Of a stretch of DNA of 64,000 nucleotides, positions 1 to 11,796 are shown in pieces. Within the stretch, counting starts at the first letter, position 1. The number at the start of each line of letters is the position of its first letter. Position numbers and translations under genes: made by a program. The DNA lies in assembly GCA_037447605.1 (NCBI GenBank), contig CM074807.1, forward strand, positions 3,048,327-3,112,326, given 5' to 3'. A model generated the notes under the pieces. That model was not told the DNA's origin and searched no databases. It saw only the letters and a list, made by a program, of their open reading frames with translations. This DNA is from Zygnema circumcarinatum SAG 698-1b. Taxonomy: Eukaryota; Plantae; Zygnematophyceae.

Positions 1-249
1 GCCAATGATTGGCGATTGCTTAACAGAGTGCCCTTGTCGGCCTGCCCTCAAGAGAGAGGGGACGCGCAACGGCCAGCCCAGCCGCCAGCTGAATTTCGTG
101 CCGTACGGTAGGAAGGTATGTCCGTACAACCTTCTAGAAGCCTCTATCCACCATAAACAATATGGTAGTTAAGAAAAATTGCAAATGTCATCACCAATAG
201 GCGCCTGCCACGTACGACGAAATGTCAAACATAATTGGCTTAACATATA

Positions 250-530
250 CCTTTTGACTTGAGCCGCCTCTTTGACCTTCCAAAGAAAAAGCCTTGCGCA
301 AAAGCCCTTCTCCTGCCGCACATCGGCGACCTTCGCGGCTGCTTCGAGGGGAGGGCTTCAAGCGTTGTTGAGCCTATGCGTAGCTTTCCGCTCCTAACCT
401 TTCCTCTTGTGTCCTTGGGACTTTTGCGCCCAGTTGGTTCCCCATGTTGATTTTGTCCATGTACATTTGATGGCATCATCGCCATTGTGAGATCAATGCC
501 ACTTCCATCCATCCCCCTTCGCACCTCACG
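250..530 (-). repeat. Dispersed repeat, copy A (decayed coding-like relic, family unassigned)
   Basis: Shares ATGGCGATGATGCCATCAAATGTACATGGA...GGGAACCA...GGCTCAACAAC...GAAGCAGCCGCGAAGGTCGCCGATGTGCGGCA with copies at ~2085-2335 (+) and ~14815-15060 (-). The frame VALISQWR*CHQMYMDK is interrupted by stops. Confidence 0.75.
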
Positions 531-2084
531 TTACATGAAGGTAAAACTACGAGCCGGCTCGACCAAAAAGGCCCAGCTACGTATTTTTCCCGTAAAATGT
601 GAACCAATCATGGCGCTCCACGTGGAGAATAATGACACGCGGCATGCCTGGATTTGCTGCAATGGTCACCGCGACACCTGGCTCGAACCATTCCCATTTC
701 CCAGCCGGCCGTCACAGCACGGGCACCGTACGGGGGTCAGGGACAAAAAGCAAGTGCCACGTCAGTGATCTCGTACGGCCGGCCCACCGTGCGTTATCCG
801 GCCACGTGTCACGCTGGGAGGCCCCGATCGCAAAGCTTGGCGGCGCTGACAGGAGCTTCGGGAAGCTCGCTCGGCCGTCGCGTCACGGGGGACGGGAGGC
901 TGACCACTGTACGGAACCACGTTCGAGGAGTGGGAATGAGAGGAGGGTAGTGCTAAATTCACACCTTTTTTGTCTAGGCACAGACATTTTTTCGCCGGGC
1001 AGATTTTAAAAATAGACAAAACGCGCGCGAGCGCGAGCCCGAGATCGAGTCCCGTGTTCTTCGTGGCCCGAGCGCGGTCCCATCTCTGCACAGTATTGAG
1101 CTATGGATAAGTAAGATAAATAGGAAACAGGCATGCATGCATGGGGCTTCTGTGACTAGCATTCGACTGTAATCACTACTCACCTAACAGAAAATGAAGG
1201 TTTGCCACCCTTTCCGTTTTCAGAGAATGGGACGGCCTCTGGAACCTGCTCATCTATTGGCAGCAAACAACGAGCTAACGATGCTAGAAGTGAAACCAAA
1301 ATGAAGCTCAAGTCGTTTCTTGGACAAAGAACTGTCAGCTTCATGTGGATACAGACCCAAAACGTGGCAATCTGCTAAATCAGCAACACAATCTCGAGTC
1401 TTGCAAATCCTCTATTGGTCCTGATTTGTAGATGAATTATAATCAAATCATTCTTGCATTATGAGAACAATATTCTGCAGGCCTCCCTTAGACCAAACGC
1501 AGTGGACCAAGAGCGTGTGTTCATTTCGTTAGTGTATATAGTTAGTTTAGATTAGCACGTTTTGTTGGCACTTAGTTCCGAGGGATGTGCTCAGAGTGTT
1601 CCTACCTTTATGGAGGATTGTCTAGCCGGCCGTACAGGCCTTTAGGGGAGGTGTGTGCGCGTAGGCGCGCGCGGAGTTCGGAGTTCGGACAAGCTTGCAG
1701 TCGTACGGTGCGGCATGCGAGTGTACGAATGCGAAGCGCTGATTGGTCGCGGCGTACGCGTGGAGCGCGAAGTGCGCGACACATGAACATCAATGGTGGT
1801 GCGCGAAACAGCGGCGGGAAACGTCCGTAGTGTGACTAGTGTCTTTTCGGAATGTCGGTAGCGAATCAAGTTGCGCCACGCGGACTGAGAAACGGGACCT
1901 GACCGGGCGGAGTAGCAGTACGTCTAAGCTAGCGTAGGTCGGTGCCCCGTAGGTTTACGGGAACGACTGTTGACGATCGTCGTTTGGCTACGTCGGTTGG
2001 CCGAATGCAAGGGCGTGCAAGGGCGGGCGTGACATGACATCTAATGTCACGTCACAGTGCCATAGTAATACATTGAGGAAAGAG

Positions 2085-2335
2085 AGGTTTGATTGAACCC
2101 ACGATGGCAAGGCCATCAAATGTACATGGATGAAGTCGACATAGGGAACCAGAAGAAGCGGTCACAAGGGACAGAAGGACAAAGAGAAAGCCTCGAAACG
2201 GAAATCTTCTTCTAGGCTCAACAACACGGCACTAGAAGCAGCCGCGAAGGTCGCCGATGTGCGGCACAGGTCGCGCATTGAGGGAAGCTTTGTGTGGTAG
2301 AAGTTAAAGCTTCTTGACGTGAGTTGCAAAGCTAC
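2085..2335 (+). repeat. Dispersed repeat, copy B (inverted relative to copy A)
   Basis: GCCATCAAATGTACATGGA and GAAGCAGCCGCGAAGGTCGCCGATGTGCGGCA match the reverse complement of 250-530. Confidence 0.75.
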
Positions 2336-3225
2336 GGCAGTTAGAGGCATGGATTTGGCAAGAGGAGGTGGACCTTCGTGAGGGGTCCCCGTGTGTGGAG
2401 TGCTGCCTTACGTGAAGGTGGAGTTACCTTGTGATAGAAGCTTGGCTTAGGCTTATGGGGGCTTGAGCTGGAGAGCTTGTTATTATAATGGAGTTTTAGG
2501 CTGGAGGATTTCTCCTTCGTTTTTCTATTCCACCTCTTGTGTGTTGTGTATGCACTTGAGTGAAAAATGAGTATGAGTGTTGTGGGCACTAGGCGAGAAG
2601 TTTCCATGGACAGTAAAGAGGGAGAAAGAGTTGGAGATGAATTTGCATCTAAGCCTTCTGCCCCTCTAACACAATTGTGCTCGGCACTTTTGTGAATTCC
2701 CGTTGCTCCTCCAATACCTCTACTTCTTTCCCCTTTCCTGGCGGCACTTCGATCCCGGAAGATTTACGTGCCACGAGAGTGAGACCAATGCAAAATAATG
2801 TTCAAGTGCTGAAACCAAGGCTTCCAGCAAGTAAAGCAATCAATTGGTGTCTCAGAAACCGTTGCGAACTGAACGCTACAGTCACCAAGGTGCCGCCGGC
2901 ATCCTGGGGACCCCCGTACGATTCGACCGTACAAGGCGTGCATCCGTACGACCCGGACGTACGAACGGGTACGTATATGTACGGATATGGCTTCTCGTGC
3001 CCTGCAAACCCGCCCGCTCCCCAACCCCGCTCTCGCCCGCCCGCCTTCACCTCGCCAGCGCAGCGCCGCTCCTGAAAGAACTAAAGGGAACCTAAATTTG
3101 AAGCTACTTAGGCCCCTAGGCCCTAGGGCCTAAGCCTGACTTGGTATTTACATTTGCGATTTTATCTCGTTCAGGATCCCTCGTTTTGAGGGTTAAAGCT
3201 CACGGTTACACCGTGTGCCCGAGCA

Positions 3226-3443
3226 CGGGCCCGGGATCGAGTCCCGTGTGCGGCGGCTTCATGATGCACTTCCAATCCCAAGAGTAAAGCAGGAGGACAT
3301 CGAATGCGAGAGCCGCTGCATAAACACATACACAACTGCATGCACACAGGATTGGAAGTGCATTATGAAGCCAACGGGCGCGGGACTCGATCTCGGGCCC
3401 GGCTCGATCTGGGGCCCGGCTCGATCTGGGGCCCGGCTCGATC
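3226..3443. mobile_element. MITE-like inverted-repeat element with terminal 17-bp tandem array
   Basis: Arms 3226-3246/3255-3278 are near-perfect reverse complements of 3381-3401/3349-3372 (one mismatch per block). Unit CTCGATCTGGGGCCCGG occurs ~3.4 times at 3386-3443. A further arm copy lies at 1037-1057. No TSD identified. Confidence 0.55.
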
Positions 3444-3525
3444 ACCAAAGCCAACGGAACGGAACGGATGGCTGGCCTGAACTGCAGCACGAAAAGGGTC
3501 CCTTTGAGCATGTGACGCAGATTTC

Positions 3526-3535
3526 TCCCACAGCG
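3526..3535 (+). promoter_or_regulatory. USE-like snRNA promoter element (TCCCACAGCG)
   Basis: One mismatch to the plant USE TCCCACATCG, 67 nt upstream of the U1 start. An AT-rich TAACATA sits at about -30 (3561-3567). Confidence 0.6.
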
Positions 3536-3592
3536 AAGTTCGCGCTATTCCTTGGCGGCCTAACATAGGGGCCGCCAGCCGCATGCTGAGGT

Positions 3593-3753
3593 ATACTTAC
3601 CTGGGCGGGGTCAATCGGTGATCAGGAAGGCCGATGGCCTAGGGTAGGGCGCGCCATTGCACTACGGCGGGCCCGATCCCTAACACGCCGGAACTCCCGG
3701 TGATGTACGCCATAATTTGTGTCAGCGGGGGCCTGCGCTTGCGCGGCCCCTAC
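3593..3753 (+). ncRNA. U1: U1 spliceosomal snRNA
   Basis: 5' ATACTTACCTGG, SL1 loop GATCAGGAAG, SL2 loop ATTGCAC, Sm site AATTTGTG and terminal stem GGGGCCTGCGCTTGCGCGGCCCC; ~160 nt. Confidence 0.97.
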
Positions 3754-4685
3754 AATCAAAACTTCAATATGGACATTTGTCTTTTTAATTTATGTAACTA
3801 ATATCAAGTTTTCTGCCCTTTTAGTATGAGTGCTCCCCACTCCCCTCTCCCTCCCTCCCTCCCTCTTTCCCTCTCAACTTCTCCCCTCTTCCCCCTCGCC
3901 TCCCCCCTCCCATCCCCCTAACCTTTCTCTCTCTCTCGCCCACCATGTCCTTGCCCCAAGTCCGACGCCGCAAACGGTCCCCCTTTCCCGCTCTCCCTCC
4001 CTAGTTCCCTCCCACTCCCCCCCCTCCCCCTCCTCCTCAGACACCCTCCCTCTCCCCCAAAATCCCCCTCCCCCCCCCCTCCCCGTCTCCTCTCTCCCCC
4101 CGCCCCAAGTGGCGCTGCCGCGACCTCTGCTCCTGGAGCCTGGGCCACCTCACCTTCTTCTGGACCCTCCTCTTTCTCCTCTACCACGCCATCCCGCAGG
4201 CGAAGCAAAAAGAACTCTCCAAGGGGCGTGGCGGCCCTGCCCCCTCCCGGGGTCCTCCTCGGCTTGAGCTCTGGGAGGGCCGGCCCTGCGCCGTGGACCC
4301 TTCCGGAATCGCCTCTTAGGGGGCACGTTCGGGGAGGTTTACAAACGGTGGGGCTCAAAGTTTCGTGGTTATTTTGGGCTCTGGAGATTTGAATTCTGGG
4401 TGTAGGGTTGTCCTTTTGGAGTTTTTAGGTTTTGGGGCTTTCGGATTTTGGGGTTTTCTGGCTGAGTTGTGTGAATTCTGGGTCAGGGGTTTCGAATTTT
4501 GGGTTCACACGCTTTTTTTTTTTTTTTGGTTAATAATGAAACTAGAGCAAGAAAACTTCTCTCTGCATCTCGCACTCTGAACTCGCTCCTCTCTCGCTCT
4601 CTCCCTCTCCCTCTCGCTATCTGTCTCCGCTCCCACTTCCCCTCTCTCTCCTCCTACAGCTCGTATCCGCTTCGAAGCCGGAGCC

Positions 4686-5095
4686 ATGGCCGCCCTCCAA
4701 GTGAGCCAGCTTTTCGGAACCGTGAGCCTCTCCCGGGATGCTTCCAGCCTCCTCCAAGGTGGGAACTTTGCCCCACTCTTCTCGATGCTTCCAGAAACTT
4801 AGAGATTACCTCGGCCCCCCTGTAAGCTTCTGGAATCTTTTTCAGACGGATTAGAGGTGATCAGATGCAGCAGTGTCTTGTGGTTACACTGCTCGCCTCA
4901 ACCTCACCCGGTACTGGTCTATTCGCACAGCCCGCTAGCGAAACTGGAACATAATTTTTTTTCTGTTTCCTTGTTTTCTGACACTTAGCAGGGACCCAAT
5001 CCCGGAAGAGCCGCGCCACGTTCCCCAGCCTTGTCGTGTTAGCAGCGGCCACTGAGAACACCAATGAAAGTACGACCGAAGTTTACCCTCAGGCA

Positions 5096-5138
<43 letters not shown>

Positions 5139-6086
5139 GCTCTCTCTCTCTTTCTCTCTTTCTCTCTCTCTCCCCACTCACTCATCTCACTTTCTCTCCA
5201 CCCTCAGACTATTTTTCTCTCTTCCTCTCTCATTTCACTCTCTCTTTCGCTTTCTCCATTCCTAGGGCTCTCCCTCCATCCCTCCCTCTTATCTTACGTC
5301 TCCCACTTCTGCCCCTGTTTTTCTTCTCTACAACTTCCTCCACCTTCCTCTCTTTCTCTTCCCTCGCTCTCTCTCCCTCCCTCTCTCCCTCACCCCCCTC
5401 ATCCCCCCGCATGCAGCCGCTGCTTCCCCCCTGCATTTCGCCTCTGTCTCTGCCTCGGCCGCGTCCACCACCCCGGCTCCCTCAAGCCCCCTCTACCTTC
5501 CTCCTAGGAGTGTGACTGAGGCAGGTGGTGAGACGGGGGGGTGATGTGCATTTTTCAGTAAAACTTAAGGATGTGACTCCCCAACTCCATGTCGGACGAT
5601 GTTCTCGTCCGCGCCGTGGCTAAGGAGCTATTCTCCCTCGGCTTCACCCAGTGAGTAGCTCAAGCATGCAATATGATGTCATTCTATGTATTCTTCTATT
5701 ACTCTGTAATCTCTTTGCTGAAATTGCGCTTGAAGCGGCAGTTGACCTCAGCGAAGTCTGCTTCAGCTGAGGCTTCCTTCCTTCCTTATCCTTTTTAACT
5801 GCAGAGAGCACTGCATTGCTCTCGCGAACACCTGCCGTGATGAGGTAAATTCCTCATCTCTTCTACGTCTAAATCTCCTTGCACCCTCTGATCCAGTTCT
5901 ACTTTCATAGTGAAGAAAATTACTGGCGTCAAAGTAATTTGATTAATATTCATTCTAATCAAATGTCCTATCTTTCCTTTTCGCAGGTGTGCCGCCCTCT
6001 GACTTCCTACATCTCCGGTTTGGGCGTCCTCTTGAACTGCGGGACGACAGGCCTTCGCGCCGGAATGTCCCGAGTTCCCCTGCGAT
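4686..6086 (+). pseudogene. LCIB: LCIB/LCIC-like (theta carbonic anhydrase family) pseudogene with putative plastid transit peptide
   Basis: Exons 4686-4758, 4992-5069, 5559-5650, 5805-5844 and 5987-6086 with GT-AG junctions in consistent phase give MAALQVSQLFG...PNSMSDDVLVRAVAKELFSLGFTQEHCIALANTCRDEVCRPLTSYI-SGLGVLLNCGTTGLRAGMSRVP. This matches the LCIB pattern (FP..M..D...GF....IA..N.CRDE...GLGG.L.CG.TG..AG.SH.P). There is a +1 frameshift near 5576, an ~10-codon gap before SGLG, and the His- and second Cys-ligand exons are not recognisable. Confidence 0.72.
5099..5172 (+). repeat. (CT)n microsatellite / pyrimidine tract in intron
   Basis: Direct reading. Further (CT)n at ~6094-6152. Confidence 0.9.
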
Positions 6087-6091
6087 GTGAG

Positions 6092-6139
<48 letters not shown>

Positions 6140-7372
6140 CCTCCCTCTCTCTGACACAGCTCCCGCACTCTTTACAACTTCATCTCTTGATCACTTCCTC
6201 TCCACAACTGCTTCTCCTATAAGCGGCACATTATCTCTGTGTTTCCCTATTCTCCCCCCACCCCTCTTCCTGCCATAGCACACCGAGCACAGAGAAAACT
6301 CAAAAACAGAGAAAAGTACGCAGTGAAAAGATGCCTTTCCTCCTCAAAAGCCACAGTAGAAGATCTGGTTCGCACAAGGATAAGGATTTTGCCCGACAGC
6401 TTGGCAATGCACCGCTGGTGGTGTTGGAGGCACAAGTGTTTGTTCATGGCCACAATAGCTGCTTACCATTCTTCAATGCGTCAATCTCCTTTCTCTCTTT
6501 TTCAAAAGCGTGAAATACATAGTTTGAAAGTGGCAGGCCTGGACGCCATATCCAACTCCCGCAACACAACATGCAGAGATCAGTCTGACGCACTGTAATA
6601 GCAAAAGGACGACATGTACAAGGAAGAATTTGTCATTTCCAATATACAACTGACAATAATTCAACATTGAACGGAAATTGATGACTGCTAATCTCGCTCG
6701 CTCGCATCATTCAATTGAGAGAAAAAAAAAACCAAGTCTGTCCAATTTGGCCCACTTAATGGCGAGAAAGCACAGCTTGACTTCACCTTTGATCAATGCC
6801 AATTCCCCCAAACAACACACATTGTTCATAAGAACTTCCGAGTATGAACTTCCGAGTGGTTTCCTTTCAGTTGAATCTCGAGTAGCAACCGAATGAGCTG
6901 GCCGCCTGAAAATCAACCAGGGTTTCAGATTGTGGCTTCCCATTACGGAATCAGAAATTGCTGGCTACGGATTCTGACTCTGGACACTGTCAATCAGTGG
7001 AAATCCGTAGCGAGCAAAATCATCCAATCCAGGAATTCGACGTCTGAAAGCCCCCCCACCCTCCAGTTGAATAATGGACGAGGGTGCAGGCCGTACAAAC
7101 CCAACAAAATCTGAAGTAAAAAGAAATAACTATACGGGGCCGCTGAAGTGCACGGCAAAATAAACAATGCGAAAGTCCACCGTCAAGTCTAAGTCCTTTT
7201 GGTACGTGTCCAGTTCCATTTCCGAGATTAGGGTTTGGTTTTGCTGGCTAACAGTCTGACACACAGGCAGGAGGAGGAAGGGCCGACTGTAAGCGGCCGC
7301 CGCCCTGAAAGAGTGCGCCAACTAGGGTTGGGGGCACGGGGGCACGGGCATGCCCGGGGGGGGGGCATGCCC

Positions 7373-8364
7373 GGGGGGGGGGCATGCCCCCCATTTTTGA
7401 CCGACCGTGCCCGGGGCACGCCTCCAAAAATTTTCCCCATATATTTCGTGCCCCCCCGTGCCCCCTGTCACGTGACGCTTACCTCGTGCGACCGGGCCCG
7501 GGCCGGTGACGATTGTTGTGTTGAGTACTGTCCGTACTTTTCATATTTTTCGTACACTTGTACCTTTATCCGTACATTTAGTACATTCATCTACAGTAGG
7601 GGGTTGTAGCGTAACGGAGCTGCGTTCGACGGATCCACGTCCGTTCAATTGTACTTGACATATGCCTCTTCCGTGTCACGGATCAACGGAATCCAGGAGC
7701 TGCCAACGGAGATTGAGAGAAGGCGGCGCCATGCGTTGGCGGCCCACGGAACAGCACACCATCCAGCAAGGCGCACCCGGGAACACCGCCAGAGGCCGCC
7801 GATTATCATTCGTTGACCTATCCGAAGGCTCCACGTAGTCAGTCAGGCCTCTCAGTGGGCAGTNNNNNNNNNNGGGGGGGGGGCATGCCCCCCATTTTTG
7901 ACCGACCGTGCCCGGGGCACGCCTCCAAAAATTTTCCCCATATATTTCGTGCCCCCCCGTGCCCCCTGTCACGTGACGCTTACCTCGTGCGACCGGGCCC
8001 GGGCCGGTGACGATTGTTGTGTTGAGTACTGTCCGTACTTTTCATATTTTTCGTACACTTGTACCTTTATCCGTACATTTAGTACATTCATCTACAGTAG
8101 GGGGTTGTAGCGTAACGGAGCTGCGTTCGACGGATCCACGTCCGTTCAATTGTACTTGACATATGCCTCTTCCGTGTCACGGATCAACGGAATCCAGGAG
8201 CTGCCAACGGAGATTGAGAGAAGGCGGCGCCATGCGTTGGCGGCCCACGGAACAGCACACCATCCAGCAAGGCGCACCCGGGAACACCGCCAGAGGCCGC
8301 CGATTATCATTCGTTGACCTATCCGAAGGCTCCACGTAGTCAGTCAGGCCTCTCAGTGGGCAGT
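7373..8364. repeat. ~490-bp identical direct duplication across a 10-N gap (probable assembly overlap)
   Basis: 7373-7863 equals 7874-8364 (offset 501), separated only by N at 7864-7873. Confidence 0.85.
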
Positions 8365-10438
8365 GGGCCAATCAGAGGCTGTCACTACTAAGACTCAAGA
8401 TCTATTGTCAGTGTTAAGTAGATGGGATGTCAGTGATGCTGTTTTGTCTTTTAGTGTCAGCTGTATTTGTATTTGCTGTGTGGTTTGTTGTCTTGTTCTT
8501 CTTTCTTCTTTTTTCCTTCGCCATGCTTAAATGATGCTAAGCAAGAGTAAGTTAGAGAGAGAGAGTTCCATGCCATAGATGTAGAGAGAGAGAGAGAAAG
8601 AGTCTTCTTGCTTCATCGCATTGGGACGTCCCATTCAGCCCGCCTAGACAAAGATTTCAAGTGGAGTATGACAATTTCATTGTAATGACATTCCCCAGCC
8701 CAAATCAATCACGGCCGGGTGAGTTTCCAAAATGCAACCTTTATCTAAGTTGTTAATCGCTTTTCCCTTTGCCGCCACTACGTAAAGTCGCCATCTTGTC
8801 CTAATCTGCCCTACGCCATTCTAATGACCGATGATAAATCTGTGGCTTCCGGGCCTAAGAGACCGCCAAGGAGAGGGATAGGGGAAGAGAGCCCCAAGGA
8901 AGGGCTCTTCATCGAGTCCGCCGGTGGGGAACATCTCGTGATCCCTACGTCTACCGCTACAAGTATCTCCTCAACTCCCCGGATCCCCGCTCTATGCCGC
9001 AGCGCACTCCACGTAACCAACCCAACCCTTCATTAGTTTCAAGACGGGACGCTGCAGGGTCGGTGCAGACAAAGACCTCGCAGCCTAGCTCGCCAGCTGC
9101 CTTTGTTTAACCCCACTTATCTTGGTATCGAGTCAAGGTTTTGCGTATCCACGCATCTTTGATACGCGGAGGTTGCCGCATCCTCGCGGACCCGCGGTCA
9201 CAGCCTCGCCATGGATGAAGAGCCGCGCAGCGAAGAGGGACAAGCGTATCTTCATCAAGATTCGTGAGGAAGACTTGGCACCTCAAGAAGAAGAAGAACA
9301 GCGACGGAACCGGAGGACGGATTCACCTGCAGGAAGAGGTACGAGAGCCATCAAAATGGGCATCACCGGCGAGAACCCTTTTATCCCGGCCCCGCTTACC
9401 TTGAGCAGACGAGTCGATCAAGAGCCGCAAATACTCCGCCTAGGCAGCCGATGGCCACCAACCTCGCTGGCAAAGAGTGCACGCCGAGGATCAAGCCGCG
9501 CCTGCCCAGCCGGCTGCCACGCCGGACAAAGTCGCGGAAGAGAGGAGTACTGCCCGAACCCTGTGCCGTCCCCTCGCCCTACGTAAATGTAACCCACGGG
9601 ATCTCGGGCCGGATAACCATCGCATCAGAGTCCTTCAAGCACCTAAATGCGACGTAGTCCTACAGCAGCAAGGGAATCATCGTGAAGACACCCCTCACCG
9701 CAAGATTCACAACTTACCCATCCGGCAGCCCTGTGCGAGCTTAATTTCAGGGCAAGGTGGATCTATCGCTAAAGGGACCTCCAAATTTCGGGAATCCAAC
9801 CTCGCAGAGAAGCACATGAGTCGATCTCGAAGTTCCCCAAAGAAGATGGAAGAGATGATGACCAAATTGATAGCCTTGATTCCCTCAAAAGTGAGGCGTA
9901 GGATACCACTGCATCATCACAAGAGGCTTCACCGCAAGGAGGAAGATGCAGCATGGTCGAGACACCTGGAGGAGAAGGCAGCCAAGTAGCTGCACCGGGC
10001 GAGGACCAATGGATCAAGTTTCCTGGCCTTGGAGCTGGAAGGAGAGGCCGCCAACCGGAAGCCGCCCAACCGCATACAAGGCGGATGTCGCCGCCACCGA
10101 AGGCGCGGGACACACATTCAAGCAAGCTTGGCCAACGCTGGATTTCAGATCCGGACACCGCGGCTGACCGACTTCGCCATATGTGAATGCCATGCTGATG
10201 AAATGGGGTCGTTGACTCCACCGAAGCGAAAGCGCATGGCAAATACGCATCGGTGAACTGCCCGACTTTTCCGCCAAGTGCTCCGGGTTCCGCCAAGGCC
10301 AAATGGTAGCGCTGATCTCCACTGATCGCGGAGCCGCGAGACAATCCACCCGCCAGCATGCCCGTGCATTGTTAGACGTAAGTGTGAGCTAATTCGTAAG
10401 GATCAAGAGAGAGGCAACCGACATGTACGCACCACATT

Positions 10439-10538
10439 NNNNNNNNNNNNNNNNNNNNNNNNNNNNNNNNNNNNNNNNNNNNNNNNNNNNNNNNNNNNNN
10501 NNNNNNNNNNNNNNNNNNNNNNNNNNNNNNNNNNNNNN
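10439..10538. other. Assembly gap (100 N); 10-N gaps also at 7864-7873, 11797-11806 and 36667-36676
   Basis: Direct reading. Confidence 0.95.
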
Positions 10539-11291
10539 CTACCAGCCTTGTTATCATCTGGGTTGACCACATGCCCCCTCACTTGGCTGCATGCTGCTGA
10601 TCTTTTGAACTGAAGTTTGCACGATGGGTGATGGAGTTGGAGGAGCATAATGTTGCTTAAGGTCACCTACTGTCCTGTGGCTGCAGTCATGAGCATGATG
10701 AGTGACCTCACTGATCTTTGTTTCTCTCTGTCATGATCCTGCGAATTCCTGAACTCATTCTTCATCACCCTCCCAACTGAGAGTCTTCCCCATTCCAGAT
10801 GCCCTCACCCCACTCAGCCCTGCATGCGTTTGACTCCAGCATGGGCGATCCACATTTTGGCTCGTAGAACTGACCATGCCCTTCATTCCTGGAGATAGCC
10901 TCACCTCCATCTACTGGCCACCCCAGCCTCAAGTCCGGGAACCTCACTATGATGGCGACGCTCCTTACTTCTTTTTGATTTTTTGCAGCGCCAATGACGT
11001 CCATTCAGACTCCTCCCTTCTGCGCTACGTCATGCCCGCACGTTACCCCCCTTTATCACGGACACCGAGAGGGCTCGGCTGCTCCGCCGCTCTCGGAACT
11101 TCTCTGTTGATGATGACGGACAGATACTGTACCTCCCCTCTGGCCTTCCTGTTCCTTTCCCCAATGAACGCATGGAGATTCTGGACGTCGCCCATGATTC
11201 CCAGCCTGGTGGATTCCATTGCCATAAGAGATGGTGGGTCGTGCAGCATGAATTGCTACTATTGGCCTGCTTTTATGGCTGGTGAGCGACA

Positions 11292-11796
11292 TTGAAACTG
11301 CACGCTGCTGCCAATGTGGCAAAGTGCTCTGCTCCCCCTGACTGCCACCATCAGATGTGGAGATCCCAACACGTGTGTCGCGAGGATTGGAACATTGACA
11401 CCTTTTCTATCCCCCAGCTCGGCACCCCCTCTGGCTACATTCGGGTCTTCCTAGCCGTGGACAGATACACCAAGTGGGTGGAAGTTCATACGACAGAATC
11501 TAAGCATTCCATCCACTCTGCTCGCCTCCTGACGGCCATCATTCACCGCCACTCTCTACCCTACTCTGTCCACTCTGACAACGGCACCGAATACAAGGGG
11601 GCATTTGCCAAGCTCATGCAGGACTTCCGCATCATTCACCACACCTCCAGCCCCTACTCCCCCTGGCAGAATGGGCTTGCAGAACGTACCATTCAGACGG
11701 TCAAGGATGCGTGCGTCCGCGGCTGCGCGGAGCTGGAGGCGGACTGGCGCGAGGTCATCCCCTCCCTGGTCTTCACGTATAACACCTCCGTCCACT
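11292..11796 (+). pseudogene. Retroviral-type integrase core (rve) fragment
   Basis: WNIDTF...VFLAVDRYTKWVE...HSDNGTEY...SSPYSPWQNGLAERTIQTVK...YNTSVH shows the DDE layout. Preceded by frameshifted YYWP...CCQC zinc-finger remnants; truncated by a gap. Confidence 0.88.

Noticed and set aside
2085-2335. piggyBac transposase relic (YMDEVDIGNQ resembling YMGGVD..DQ)
   Set aside because: It needs frameshifts, and the other two copies read through differently. Similarity is too weak to assign.
3945-4320. TAA/TAG read as Gln (alternative genetic code)
   Set aside because: Conserved genes here end in TAA (PRA1.H, RELCH) and have no internal TAR codons. The stops are better explained as pseudogene lesions.
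5837-5891. C/D box snoRNA (GTGATGA...CTGA)
   Set aside because: No terminal stem. The C-like box is the CRDE codons and splice donor of the LCIB exon.
7373-8364. Biological tandem duplication in the hAT left arm
   Set aside because: The copies are identical and separated exactly by a 10-N gap, typical of unmerged contig overlap.
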